Source: Patescibacteria group bacterium (GTDB lineage: Bacteria; Patescibacteriota; Microgenomatia; UBA12405). From it: a stretch of 48,022 bases of DNA. A model generated the notes under the pieces. It was not told the DNA's origin. It was given only the letters and a program-made list of their open reading frames with translations, and made no database searches. Shown in pieces: positions 37,606 through 47,169 of this stretch (the stretch's first letter is position 1; every line of letters starts with the position of its first letter). The position numbers and the translations under genes are program-made. The DNA lies in NCBI GenBank assembly GCA_050943115.1, contig JBMNON010000001.1, forward strand, positions 1-48,022. The letters run 5' to 3'.

Positions 37606-38721
37606 TTACCCCAGCCCTGATACTAATTTAACCTGGTTAAACAATTCCCGATTCTGTACCAATTCACCGCTGCCTTTAATGACACACATCCCCGGATCAT
37701 CAGTAACTCTGGTAATAATTTTAGTTTTCTTTTCAATTAAAGTATCCATCCCTCTAACAAGCGATCCGTTCCCCACCATAACAATCCCTCTTTTTAAAAT
37801 ATCCTCCATCATATCTGGCGGCGTCTCATCCAAAACCTCCGCTACTGTTCTGATAATTTTATTTACATCCAAACTTAGTGCTTCCCGGATCTCCACCTCG
37901 CTTAATTTGATTGACTTTGGCAACCCCGTTTCCAAATCCCTGCCTCTAACCACAGCTGCCTTCTCCCTGGCCCCCAAATCTTCGGCCACATTACCCAGTT
38001 CAATTTTTACTCTTTCTGCACTGTTTTTCCCAATTAAAAGTCCATACTTCATCTTTATATAATTGCCAATGGCCTCATCAAAATCCTCTCCCGCCACTTT
38101 TACCGATCTTCCCAAAACAATCCCCCCCATGGAAACAACTGCCACCTCAGTCTTACCCCCCCCAATATCTACAACCACCAACCCGCTAGATCTGTCTGTC
38201 GCTAATCCCAGACCAACAGCTGCCAGTACAGCCTCTTCAATCAAGATCACCTCCCGGGCCCCAGCTTTTAAAAAAATTGACTTTACTGCCCTTTTTTGAA
38301 CATTGCTTATAAAGCTAGGTACTCCCACTACCACCCTTGGCTTAAAAACCTTTACTCCTTTACTGGGTATCTCATACAACAGCTTCAAGTAATACGCTAT
38401 CAACATTTCTGCCGCTTCCATATCCGAAATTATGCCGTTTTTCAACGGTCTAACCACTTCCACCTGTCCCGGTTCCCTATTTATCATCTCTTTTGCCTTA
38501 AAACCAAAAGCAATCGGCCCCACATATCCTCTTTTAGGCGCCGACAATCCGGTCCATCTCTTCTTCTTTTGTCTTGCTACAACCGATGGCTCGTCAATAA
38601 CTATTCCCCTATCCTTTAAATAAACTCGCATATTACTGCTTCCCAAATCCACACCGATATCCCAGCTTAGAAGTGACAATATATTACTGAAATTTGTCTT
38701 TGTCTTGGAAAGGCTAATCAC
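37606..38721 (-). CDS. mreB: Rod shape-determining protein MreB
   Basis: IGVDLGS, EPSVVA, PLKNGII, VDIGGG, RGRDLETGLP. Confidence 0.95.
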   Translation of the reverse strand: MISLSKTKTNFSNILSLLSWDIGVDLGSSNMRVYLKDRGIVIDEPSVVARQKKKRWTGLSAPKRGYVGPIAFGFKAKEMINREPGQVEVVRPLKNGIISDMEAAEMLIAYYLKLLYEIPSKGVKVFKPRVVVGVPSFISNVQKRAVKSIFLKAGAREVILIEEAVLAAVGLGLATDRSSGLVVVDIGGGKTEVAVVSMGGIVLGRSVKVAGEDFDEAIGNYIKMKYGLLIGKNSAERVKIELGNVAEDLGAREKAAVVRGRDLETGLPKSIKLSEVEIREALSLDVNKIIRTVAEVLDETPPDMMEDILKRGIVMVGNGSLVRGMDTLIEKKTKIITRVTDDPGMCVIKGSGELVQNRELFNQVKLVSGLG

Positions 38722-38759
38722 TGTAAAAGTATAACAAAAGGCAAGGTATACTATCTCTT

Positions 38760-40733
38760 ATGGACAAAGTTACCCGCTTGATAAAGTTATCTTATCTAGC
38801 TCTCTTTTTATTTACACCCCTCATTTTCACATCTTTTAACTCGGAACTCTTCGAATTACCCAAAATGCATCTAGTCTATTTTTTGTCCAGCCTCATACTC
38901 TGCCTCCATCTTATAAATGTTTTAAACAAATACCAGCCCCTGATAAAAAAAACCCCCCTGAATCTGCCCTTGTTCCTCTTCCTTATCTCTCAAATCATAT
39001 CTACTGTACTTTCCGTCGATCCCCACACCTCTGTATACGGATACTACTCACGGCTTAATGGTGGCTTATTATCCGTAATGGCCTACATCACCCTCTATCT
39101 GATTGCCGTTATCTACTTTGACGAACAATTCAAGGACAGAATACTCACCATCACTTTGATATCTGGATTTATTGTTTCTTCTTATGGAATCCTAGAACAT
39201 TTTGGAATCGACAAACACATGTGGGTGCAGGATGTCCAAAACCGTGTCTTTTCCACTTTAGGTCAACCCAACTGGCTTGCTGCTTATCTTTGCGTCATCA
39301 TTCCTTTCTCCTTGCATCGTCTCCTAAGGGCATCAAACACCAAACAGTTTATTACTTACTATCTGATAAGTAGCAATTATTACCTTTGTTTGCTCTTTAC
39401 CAAATCGAAATCCGGTCTTATTGCTGCTGCCATCTCTCTTTTAATATTTTTTGGTTTTCACCTTCTTTGGCAGCTTAAACAAAAAAAGTTAAAAGCTAAT
39501 TTCCTTTTCATCATAATTTCAATTCTTTCTCTCTCAATTCTTGTTAACAATCCTATCAAAGACCTTATTTTTCGCCAAGTTGATCCTCCGTCGCAGGATG
39601 TCGGCAACACTATCAACATCACCCCGTCCCAGGATATTAGAAAAATTGTCTGGCAAGGCGCCCTCGATCTTTGGCGCCAATTCCCCCTCTTTGGAACTGG
39701 TACCGAAACTTTCGCTTACTCCTACTATTGGACCCGTCCCGTCGCCCACAATGTCACATCAGAATGGGATTTTCTTTATAACAAAGCTCACAACGAGTAC
39801 CTTAATTATCTTTCAACTACCGGTGCCTTTGGCTTAGCTGCTTACTCCATTTTCATCATTGCCGTCCTCCTGCTTACCTACAAAACGTTAAAAACAGAAC
39901 ACAGATCTCTTACCCTGCCCCTCCTTGCTGCCTTCATCAGCATTCTTATTACTAATTTCGCCGGTTTTTCCGTAGTCATCACATCATTATTTTTCTTTGT
40001 CCTTCCCGCCCTCGCCCTCCCCAAAAACTCAAATCCGAAAAATTATTCCAAAATCAAACCATTATCTTTCCTACCTCTGCTACTCCTTGTTTTTCTTTCC
40101 CAAAAAATTCTCTTCTCCTATCTGGCCGACATCACCTATGCCGAATCATTAACCCTTGACGCCCAAAATGACTATCCATCCGCCCTGGAAAAAATTTCCT
40201 TAAGTTTAAATTATAAAAAAGACCCCCTTTATTACAGTAAAGCTTCAACTATGGCTGCCAAAATAGCCTTAATGACAAATGATCCGGAACACAAACAAAA
40301 TTATATAAATCAATCAGTTAACTATTCCGACATTTCTGTAAACATATCTCCTGCTAATACTAATTTTTGGAAGGAAAGAGCTCAAGTTTACTACTACCTC
40401 TCCACTATCAATTCAGAATACTTTCTGGAAAGCATCCAGTCCCTCCTAAAAGTCAGCCATTTAGCTCCCACCGACGCCAAAACCTATTACCTTATCGGCA
40501 AATTTTTGGATGCGGTCGGCCAAAAAGACGAAGCCGTTTCTTATTACCAGCAAGCCATTGTCTTAAAACCCAACTACGACCACGCTTATTACAATTTAGC
40601 CAATATTTATCACTCAAAAAATGACTGGGGAAAGACTGTGGAATATTTAAATCTTACCCTGCAATATGCTCCGAATAATGTTGAAGCTCAAGAGTTACTC
40701 GACCAACTTAAGGCGACAGGCTCCCCCCGATAA
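38760..40733 (+). CDS. O-antigen ligase family protein with C-terminal TPR repeats
   Basis: STLGQPNWLAAYL, TKSKSG, FGTGTETF, KAHNEYL; TPR tail. Confidence 0.88.
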   Translation: MDKVTRLIKLSYLALFLFTPLIFTSFNSELFELPKMHLVYFLSSLILCLHLINVLNKYQPLIKKTPLNLPLFLFLISQIISTVLSVDPHTSVYGYYSRLNGGLLSVMAYITLYLIAVIYFDEQFKDRILTITLISGFIVSSYGILEHFGIDKHMWVQDVQNRVFSTLGQPNWLAAYLCVIIPFSLHRLLRASNTKQFITYYLISSNYYLCLLFTKSKSGLIAAAISLLIFFGFHLLWQLKQKKLKANFLFIIISILSLSILVNNPIKDLIFRQVDPPSQDVGNTINITPSQDIRKIVWQGALDLWRQFPLFGTGTETFAYSYYWTRPVAHNVTSEWDFLYNKAHNEYLNYLSTTGAFGLAAYSIFIIAVLLLTYKTLKTEHRSLTLPLLAAFISILITNFAGFSVVITSLFFFVLPALALPKNSNPKNYSKIKPLSFLPLLLLVFLSQKILFSYLADITYAESLTLDAQNDYPSALEKISLSLNYKKDPLYYSKASTMAAKIALMTNDPEHKQNYINQSVNYSDISVNISPANTNFWKERAQVYYYLSTINSEYFLESIQSLLKVSHLAPTDAKTYYLIGKFLDAVGQKDEAVSYYQQAIVLKPNYDHAYYNLANIYHSKNDWGKTVEYLNLTLQYAPNNVEAQELLDQLKATGSPR

Positions 40734-41322
40734 CATCATCCACATTCCGCTCGCTTAGCTTGCCTCCGATATCCTTATAAAATTTCCCTCCGTCTCTTTT
40801 TACATGGTCGACAAATAATACCCCATCTAAGTGATCAAGTTCGTGCTGAAAAACTATAGCTTCAAAACCACGAAAGTGCACCATTTTTCTTTTCAGTTCC
40901 TCACCAACCAACTCATCCCAAGATCCGTCAATTTCTACATATCTTTTCACCGTCCCGTAAAATTGTGGGAACGACAAACAGCCCTCCAGGAAGTTTTCTT
41001 TCTTTTCGTTACCCTTATCGTCCTTATTAATTGTCTCGATAAAATCTTTTTCACCGAAAGTCCTCTCAATAACCGGATTGATATATACTGTAATTATTCC
41101 GGTATTGACGTCTTTTTGAGCAAAAAACCTCCTTGACAATCCGATTTGTGGCGCTGCCAAGCCTGCTCCGTTCTCACTTTTTGCCAATGTCCTTACCAGT
41201 TTTCCGATATCTTCACCAAGTTCTCTGTCGGCGGATTTTATATTTTCCGTCTTTTTTCTTAATATTTCTTGTGGATAAACTACTATCTCCTCCATATGGA
41301 CTATTTTATCAAATTTACTCAT
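40708..41322 (-). CDS. def: Peptide deformylase
   Basis: GAGLAAPQIG, EGCLS, QHELDHLDG. Confidence 0.96.
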   Translation of the reverse strand: MSKFDKIVHMEEIVVYPQEILRKKTENIKSADRELGEDIGKLVRTLAKSENGAGLAAPQIGLSRRFFAQKDVNTGIITVYINPVIERTFGEKDFIETINKDDKGNEKKENFLEGCLSFPQFYGTVKRYVEIDGSWDELVGEELKRKMVHFRGFEAIVFQHELDHLDGVLFVDHVKRDGGKFYKDIGGKLSERNVDDVIGGSLSP

Positions 41323-41343
41323 ATTTAAGTTATAATTTCTAAA

Positions 41344-42207
41344 GTGACCAGCATAGTATTCTTCGGATCCTCAACTTACTCCGTAATTATTCTCAAAGCC
41401 CTATTGGATATAAAATCTTTCAAGATCTCGGCTGTCGTCACCAAAAAAGACAAACCTGTCGGTCGAAACCAAAAAATCTTACCCAATCCCGTTTCTCAAT
41501 TTGCCCTAAATTCTCACCTGAAACTTTTACAACCGGACAACTTTGACGAGCGGTTCTTCAGACAATTCCAATCCCTGAATCCTGAGCTCGCTCTTGTTGT
41601 TGCCTATGGGCCGCCCTACTTTTCCAAAGATATGATCAACGTACCCAAACATAAAGTTGTCAACATTCACCCTTCCCCGCTTCCCAAATACCGCGGTGCC
41701 ACACCCGGCCCTTGGCAAATTATTAACGGGGAAACAATAAGCGCTGTCACTTTCTTTCAGATAGACGAGAAACCCGACCATGGCCCAATCATCACCCAGA
41801 TCCCCTTCCCCCTATCTGACAACGAAACTGCCCATAGTTTTTACACCAAAGCTTTTCAGTTTGCCGCCGACAATTTGGAAACGGTTTTGAAAACTTATCT
41901 TAGAAACCCCAAAGCTCTTATCCCCCAAGATCATAATCAAAAAAGCTACTATCCGAAATTTGACAAAAACACAGCCCAAATTGATTGGTCCTGGAAACCG
42001 GAAAAAATAGAGCGCTTTGTCCGTGCTATGCAACCCTGGCCGACTGCCTGGACTTATGTCAAGAACCCACAGCAACAAAAACTAAAAATGAAAATTCTCT
42101 CCGGAAAAATCACCAATGGCCGGTTCAGTCCCTCAACTGTCCAAATCGAAGGCAAAAAACCCGCTTCTTGGGATCAAGTACAAGCTCATTACACTCTTAC
42201 TTCTTAG
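41344..42207 (+). CDS. fmt: Methionyl-tRNA formyltransferase
   Basis: IVFFGS, DKPVGR, NIHPSPLPKYRGATP, RAMQPWP. Confidence 0.95.
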   Translation: MTSIVFFGSSTYSVIILKALLDIKSFKISAVVTKKDKPVGRNQKILPNPVSQFALNSHLKLLQPDNFDERFFRQFQSLNPELALVVAYGPPYFSKDMINVPKHKVVNIHPSPLPKYRGATPGPWQIINGETISAVTFFQIDEKPDHGPIITQIPFPLSDNETAHSFYTKAFQFAADNLETVLKTYLRNPKALIPQDHNQKSYYPKFDKNTAQIDWSWKPEKIERFVRAMQPWPTAWTYVKNPQQQKLKMKILSGKITNGRFSPSTVQIEGKKPASWDQVQAHYTLTS

Positions 42208-42400
42208 CACTAACCTCTTTGACCTCTTTTTTGAGCCTTTTAATACACTTGGCACAAAAATATCCACTGACCTTATCTCCCGAAAGATCCAGGCTTACCT
42301 TCTGGATATTCGCTTTATACGTTCTTGGTGTTCTATTTTGGGCGTGGGATCGGTTCCTGCTAATTACGGTACCCTTTCCGCACAAACTGCATGTTCTCAT
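42197..42400 (-). CDS. rpmB: 50S ribosomal protein L28
   Basis: CSLCGK, RSHAQNRT, ANIQK, CAKC. Confidence 0.93.
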   Translation of the reverse strand: MRTCSLCGKGTVISRNRSHAQNRTPRTYKANIQKVSLDLSGDKVSGYFCAKCIKRLKKEVKEVSAKK

Positions 42401-42437
42401 GGGGTATACTATAACATTAGAATCAGCATTTTAAAAT

Positions 42438-43025
42438 ATGGAAAATACAATATTATCCCTACTAGCCCTTATTGTCGCCATCACTATTCATGAATTTGCC
42501 CACGCTCTTGCCGCTGACAAGCTCGGTGATCCCACGCCTCGATCCCAAGGCCGCTTAAGTCTCAATCCGATAAAACACCTTGATCCTATTGGCACCCTCA
42601 TGATTCTCTTCGCCCGTTTTGGTTGGGGTAAACCGGTTCCCATCGACCCCTATAACTTAAAAAATCCCCGACGCGACGAACTCTTAATTTCTTTGGCCGG
42701 TCCTCTCAGCAATCTTTTACTGGCCTTGGCCACTTCACTGCTCATCAGATCATTTTCCCTCTATCTCATACCCCTTTATATTCTGGTAGCAGTTAATGTC
42801 TCCTTGGCCATCTTCAACCTCCTTCCCATCCCTCCACTGGATGGTTCCAAAATATTTCTGAATCTTCTTCCTATCGAATCTTCTGCTGAATGGGAAGACA
42901 GTCTTACCCGCTACGGTCCCATTCTTCTTATAATAGTCTTATTCTTCCCCATAAATGGCTCTAATATTGTTGGATTAATCTTGTCACCCATCATCCAAAC
43001 CATATTAAACACTCTCCTTCCCTAA
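42438..43025 (+). CDS. Site-2 protease family (M50) protein
   Basis: HEFAH, GDPT, AGPLSN, FNLLPIPPLDGS. Confidence 0.92.
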   Translation: MENTILSLLALIVAITIHEFAHALAADKLGDPTPRSQGRLSLNPIKHLDPIGTLMILFARFGWGKPVPIDPYNLKNPRRDELLISLAGPLSNLLLALATSLLIRSFSLYLIPLYILVAVNVSLAIFNLLPIPPLDGSKIFLNLLPIESSAEWEDSLTRYGPILLIIVLFFPINGSNIVGLILSPIIQTILNTLLP

Positions 43026-43045
43026 TCAAGTAAGCTAGATATTCC

Positions 43046-43282
43046 TTATTTTACTTTTTCTTTCCTGGCATCTTCCAATATTCCGTTTAGGGTCTTTATC
43101 ATCTCCTCCACTTCCTCTTCACCCATACCGTGAACTTCTGCTCCTTGTTCCAGCGTTTCCATTCCAGCCGCAAAACAACCTAAACAATGAAAACCGAAAT
43201 CCTCTGCCAACACTTCAGCCAGCTCCGGATACGCTTCAATAACTTCACCGATCAGCATATCTTTAGATATCTTTTTATTCAT
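43046..43282 (-). CDS. DUF1858 / hybrid-cluster-associated redox disulfide domain protein
   Basis: [29 protein letters not shown]. Confidence 0.85.
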   Translation of the reverse strand: MNKKISKDMLIGEVIEAYPELAEVLAEDFGFHCLGCFAAGMETLEQGAEVHGMGEEEVEEMIKTLNGILEDARKEKVK

Positions 43283-43497
43283 GGAATTTAATTTTAACCT
43301 CTTTGCTCACAAAACAAAAGTCAAAACCCAAATCTCTTACCGTATTCTTGCAATTCCGCTTTGATTCCGATGCTATAATCTTCTTAACCTACCTCAAGGG
43401 GATCTTTAAGAAGGTGTTTTTTCTAGCTACCCTTCTTTTAAAGGATAGCGCGTTTCCTGGAACCTTGGTTTCTGGAATAGCTTTCCGCCACGTTTTT

Positions 43498-44685
43498 TTA
43501 GCGTGGAAAAGCCACTATTGAAGTCACCCTTTTGGTAGGCTTTTTATTCTCTTTTCGAATTCTTTCCAAAATCACTGACAAACTGTCTTTATTTTTCATA
43601 GCTTCCAACTTTATCTGCTTTTTGAATGCGTTATTGTATTTTTCTGGATTTTCTAAGTATTCCACCAAAAATCTGGCTGCATTTTTCTTTTTCTCCCGAA
43701 TCCAACCCAACCTTTTCTTTTTTATTAAGTCAATGTTGCCATCTTCCTGGCCACCGATATGAGTAATAGCCACAAAAGGTTTTTCCACAGCCACAACATC
43801 AAACAGGAAATTCGGTCCTGCTTTGCCGAAAACTATGTCGCAAGCCGACAATACTTCCGCCATATTCTCGATCCAACCCATATTTTTTATCTGCACCACC
43901 TCATCTTTCCGGATCTTTCTCAAAAGCCTGCTATACTCTTCAACTAAATTATAACCCAGTTTGTCCTTGCCGGTGTTGAAAATCAACCCCACTTTCCGTT
44001 TTAAAAACGGTAGTATCGGCATAATCCTGGTCAAAGAATTGGTCCCCAAACTACCACCTCCGACAAATATTACGGGCCTGTTATCCCCAAAACCCAACCT
44101 ATTCCTGATTTTCCTGATATCATACTTTTTATACATCTCTTCCCTAGTCCACCAACCGCATTTTAAAATTTCATCATCAGGTACCCCGTATTTCCTGGCA
44201 AACTTTTCTCCAACTTCATCGTAAACCAAATGCAAATCAGCTCCCTTTACAAAACTGATTGCATTAATTGTCCACGGATCTGCTACCACCGTCCATAATT
44301 TAAATCCCTTTTGCTCTCGTTCTTTCCACAATGCCAAAGCATGGCTATGTAAATAAAACGTCGATATCACCAAGTCCGGCTTTGTCCTATCAACAATCCT
44401 TTTTAGCCTAGGCAAGCTATCCAAGGATGCCTCCGTGACCAGCTTTCTTATCATCTTGCTTAAAGTCACTTTCATAAACACCCTGTTTCCTCTGGGAAAA
44501 TATTTGTACGCCAAATTGTAAGCATCGCCCAGCACTCCCGTTTCTGCCATAATCTCAGCATAATCTACTCTGATATCCTCTTCTTTTTCCCTTTTCTTCA
44601 GGTAACCATATATCGCTTTAGCAATCGATCTGTGTCCCCATGGCATATGATCAGTTAGCACCAGTACTTTATATTTCTTAAACAT
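43498..44685 (-). CDS. MGDG synthase/UgtP-like glycosyltransferase (GT28)
   Basis: WGHRSIAKAI, PDLVIST, GGGSLG, GKAGP, GQEDGN. Confidence 0.82.
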   Translation of the reverse strand: MFKKYKVLVLTDHMPWGHRSIAKAIYGYLKKREKEEDIRVDYAEIMAETGVLGDAYNLAYKYFPRGNRVFMKVTLSKMIRKLVTEASLDSLPRLKRIVDRTKPDLVISTFYLHSHALALWKEREQKGFKLWTVVADPWTINAISFVKGADLHLVYDEVGEKFARKYGVPDDEILKCGWWTREEMYKKYDIRKIRNRLGFGDNRPVIFVGGGSLGTNSLTRIMPILPFLKRKVGLIFNTGKDKLGYNLVEEYSRLLRKIRKDEVVQIKNMGWIENMAEVLSACDIVFGKAGPNFLFDVVAVEKPFVAITHIGGQEDGNIDLIKKKRLGWIREKKKNAARFLVEYLENPEKYNNAFKKQIKLEAMKNKDSLSVILERIRKENKKPTKRVTSIVAFPR

Positions 44686-44738
44686 TACTTATTTTAACCT
44701 TAAAACTAGAAAATATTGATATAATATTCTCACAAAAT

Positions 44739-44811
44739 GCCACCTTAGCTCAGTTGGTAGAGCAAACGCTTTGTAAGCGTAAGGTCCTGGGTCCGAGTCC
44801 CAGAGGTGGCT
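44739..44811 (+). tRNA. tRNA-Thr(TGT)
   Basis: GCCACCT/AGGTGGC acceptor, GCTC/GAGC D arm, anticodon loop TT-TGT-AA, CTGGG/CCCAG T stem; CCA not encoded. Confidence 0.92.
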
Positions 44812-44910
44812 CAAAAAGATAGTAATAATTATTACACACAATATCCATTTTATTTCCCCTATAATTACGGCATTATTATAATATTATCCCAATAAGGTAT
44901 AATATTATCT

Positions 44911-47169
44911 ATGCCAAAAAAAACAGACCAAACATGGATTGTTTATTTGAGCACTTTTCCTCCCAGGGAATGTGGTATAGGTACCTTCACCCAAGATTTA
45001 ACCAAAGCCATCGATCAAACCTTTGCCCCTCGAATTAAATCTCGAATTATTGCCCTCAACACCTCAAAATCGGATGTTCACGCTTACCCTAACAAAGTGT
45101 TCCATCAAATAGATCAAACTGATCCTAAAAGCTACGAGGCAGCCGCTGAAAAAATTAACCGAATGCCGCAAGTAAAATGTGTCAATCTTCAACACGAGTA
45201 TGGGATTCACGGCGGAGTCTGGGGAGAAAATATTCTTTTTTTCTTAAATAAAATTAAAAAACCAACCGTTATCACCCTTCATACCGTCATTCCCGATCCT
45301 GAAAACAAAGCTAAACAAGTCACTGTTGACCTTCTTGGTAAAGTCAGTGCCATTGTCGTTCTTACTTCTCAAGCCAAAGATATATTAGTGAATACCTATG
45401 GAGTTAGTTCCGACAAAATCGTTGTCATCCCGCATGGCATCCATCCTGTCAACTTCTCCCTTCCCGTAAAGCATAAAACCAAATTAAAATTAAAAGGTCG
45501 TACTGTTCTTTCCACCTTCGGCTTTGTTTCCAGAGGCAAGGGTATAGAATATGTCATCAAGGCTCTCCCTCAGGTGGTAGCTAAATTTCCCAACGTCCTC
45601 TATTTAATCATCGGTGAAACCCACCCTGTTGTTAGGCGCGAAGAAGGCGAAAGTTATCGGCGCGAACTACTCCAATTGGTAAAAGATCTCGACCTAACAG
45701 ACAATGTCCGCTTCTACGATCGTTATTTATCTTTGGGAGAAATTATTCAATTCCTAGAAGCAACTGATATCTACGTATCAACCTCGCTAAACCCCAACCA
45801 AACAGTCAGTGGTACCCTATCCTATGCTCTCGGCACAGGCCGGGCCGTCGTTTCAACTGCTTTTTCCCAAGCCAAAGAGACTATTACTTCAGACATAGGT
45901 AGATTAGTAGATATAAAAAACCCGGAAAGTTATACCAACGCCTTTTTGGAACTACTCAACGATAAAGAGAAAAGGGAAAGTATGCACTTTCAGGCATTCT
46001 CCAAAACCAGAAATATGCTTTGGAGCAACGTTGCCATATCCTATATGAATCTTTTCAGCTTCTTGGTTCCCGAAATCTCTTCGGAGGAAAAAAACTTGCC
46101 CGAAATTAACATTAATCACCTTCGTCGCCTAACCGACTCTTACGGACTATTTCAGTTTGCTAAACTGACCGCTCCCGACACTTCCTCCGGCTATACCATC
46201 GATGACAATGCCAGAGCCCTGATAGCTGCTGCAAAAATTTATCAGAATACCGGTGACATCCCGGCTCTTCATCTTGTTGGCACCTATCTGCGTTTTCTTC
46301 AAAGCTGTCAAATTGAAAACGGCAGCTTTATTAACTATGTGGCTTACGAGCAAAAACCCAATGACAGACTAAACAGTAATGAATCTATGGATGATGCTAA
46401 TGGCCGCACCGTCTGGGCCTTATCTACGATAATTACCCTCTCCCGTTTACCCAAAAATTATAAAAAAACAGCCGCCAAACTCCTGACGGAATGGTTGGAA
46501 AAAGGCAACTCGGTTGCTTCTCTTCGCTCGAATGCTTTCATAATAAAAGGGCTGTCTCAACTAAAACCCAGCCACAACATCCCTCATTACAAAGAACAAA
46601 TCCAAAAATCAGCCGAATTTATAAAAAGAACTTATGAAAAAAAATCTTCTCCTGACTGGCCGTGGTTTGAACATACCCTGACCTATGCTAACGGCGTCCT
46701 TCCCGAAGCCATGTACCTCGCCTACAAAGCAACCAAAAACAAACAATACCTCAATATTGCCAACGAAAGTCTGAACTTTCTAATCAACAATACTTTCCAG
46801 GGACCGATTTATGTTCCTATAGGCCAAAATGGTTGGTATAAAAAAGGCAATAGTCGACAATATTTCGACCAACAACCAGAAGATGTGGCCGCCATGGTTC
46901 AATCACTAAAAACCGCCTACCAGATTACCAAAAGACAAAAATATCGCAACCTTATGAATAAAACCTTCTACTGGTTTTTGGGCAACAATCTTTTAGGAAA
47001 ATTGGTTTATGATAAAAAGTCCGGCGGTTCCCACGACGCTCTCACTCCGATTGGAGTTAATTTACACCAAGGTGCCGAATCCACCGTCTCCTATCTTATC
47101 TCCCGCCTCGACGTCTGCCCTGACGGTCATCAGAAAGTAAAACGCTCCACTTCCAAGGCCACCGCTTGA
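44911..47169 (+). CDS. GT4 glycosyltransferase fused to a helical-barrel glycosidase-like domain
   Basis: STFPPRECGIGTF, QHEYG, IPHG, SGTLSYA; C-terminal GYTIDDNARAL, FDQQP, QGAEST. Confidence 0.88.
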   Translation: MPKKTDQTWIVYLSTFPPRECGIGTFTQDLTKAIDQTFAPRIKSRIIALNTSKSDVHAYPNKVFHQIDQTDPKSYEAAAEKINRMPQVKCVNLQHEYGIHGGVWGENILFFLNKIKKPTVITLHTVIPDPENKAKQVTVDLLGKVSAIVVLTSQAKDILVNTYGVSSDKIVVIPHGIHPVNFSLPVKHKTKLKLKGRTVLSTFGFVSRGKGIEYVIKALPQVVAKFPNVLYLIIGETHPVVRREEGESYRRELLQLVKDLDLTDNVRFYDRYLSLGEIIQFLEATDIYVSTSLNPNQTVSGTLSYALGTGRAVVSTAFSQAKETITSDIGRLVDIKNPESYTNAFLELLNDKEKRESMHFQAFSKTRNMLWSNVAISYMNLFSFLVPEISSEEKNLPEININHLRRLTDSYGLFQFAKLTAPDTSSGYTIDDNARALIAAAKIYQNTGDIPALHLVGTYLRFLQSCQIENGSFINYVAYEQKPNDRLNSNESMDDANGRTVWALSTIITLSRLPKNYKKTAAKLLTEWLEKGNSVASLRSNAFIIKGLSQLKPSHNIPHYKEQIQKSAEFIKRTYEKKSSPDWPWFEHTLTYANGVLPEAMYLAYKATKNKQYLNIANESLNFLINNTFQGPIYVPIGQNGWYKKGNSRQYFDQQPEDVAAMVQSLKTAYQITKRQKYRNLMNKTFYWFLGNNLLGKLVYDKKSGGSHDALTPIGVNLHQGAESTVSYLISRLDVCPDGHQKVKRSTSKATA

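Noticed and set aside
43303-43521. 72-aa + strand ORF
   Set aside because: TTG start without signals; runs through a hairpin-rich region; no recognisable protein features.
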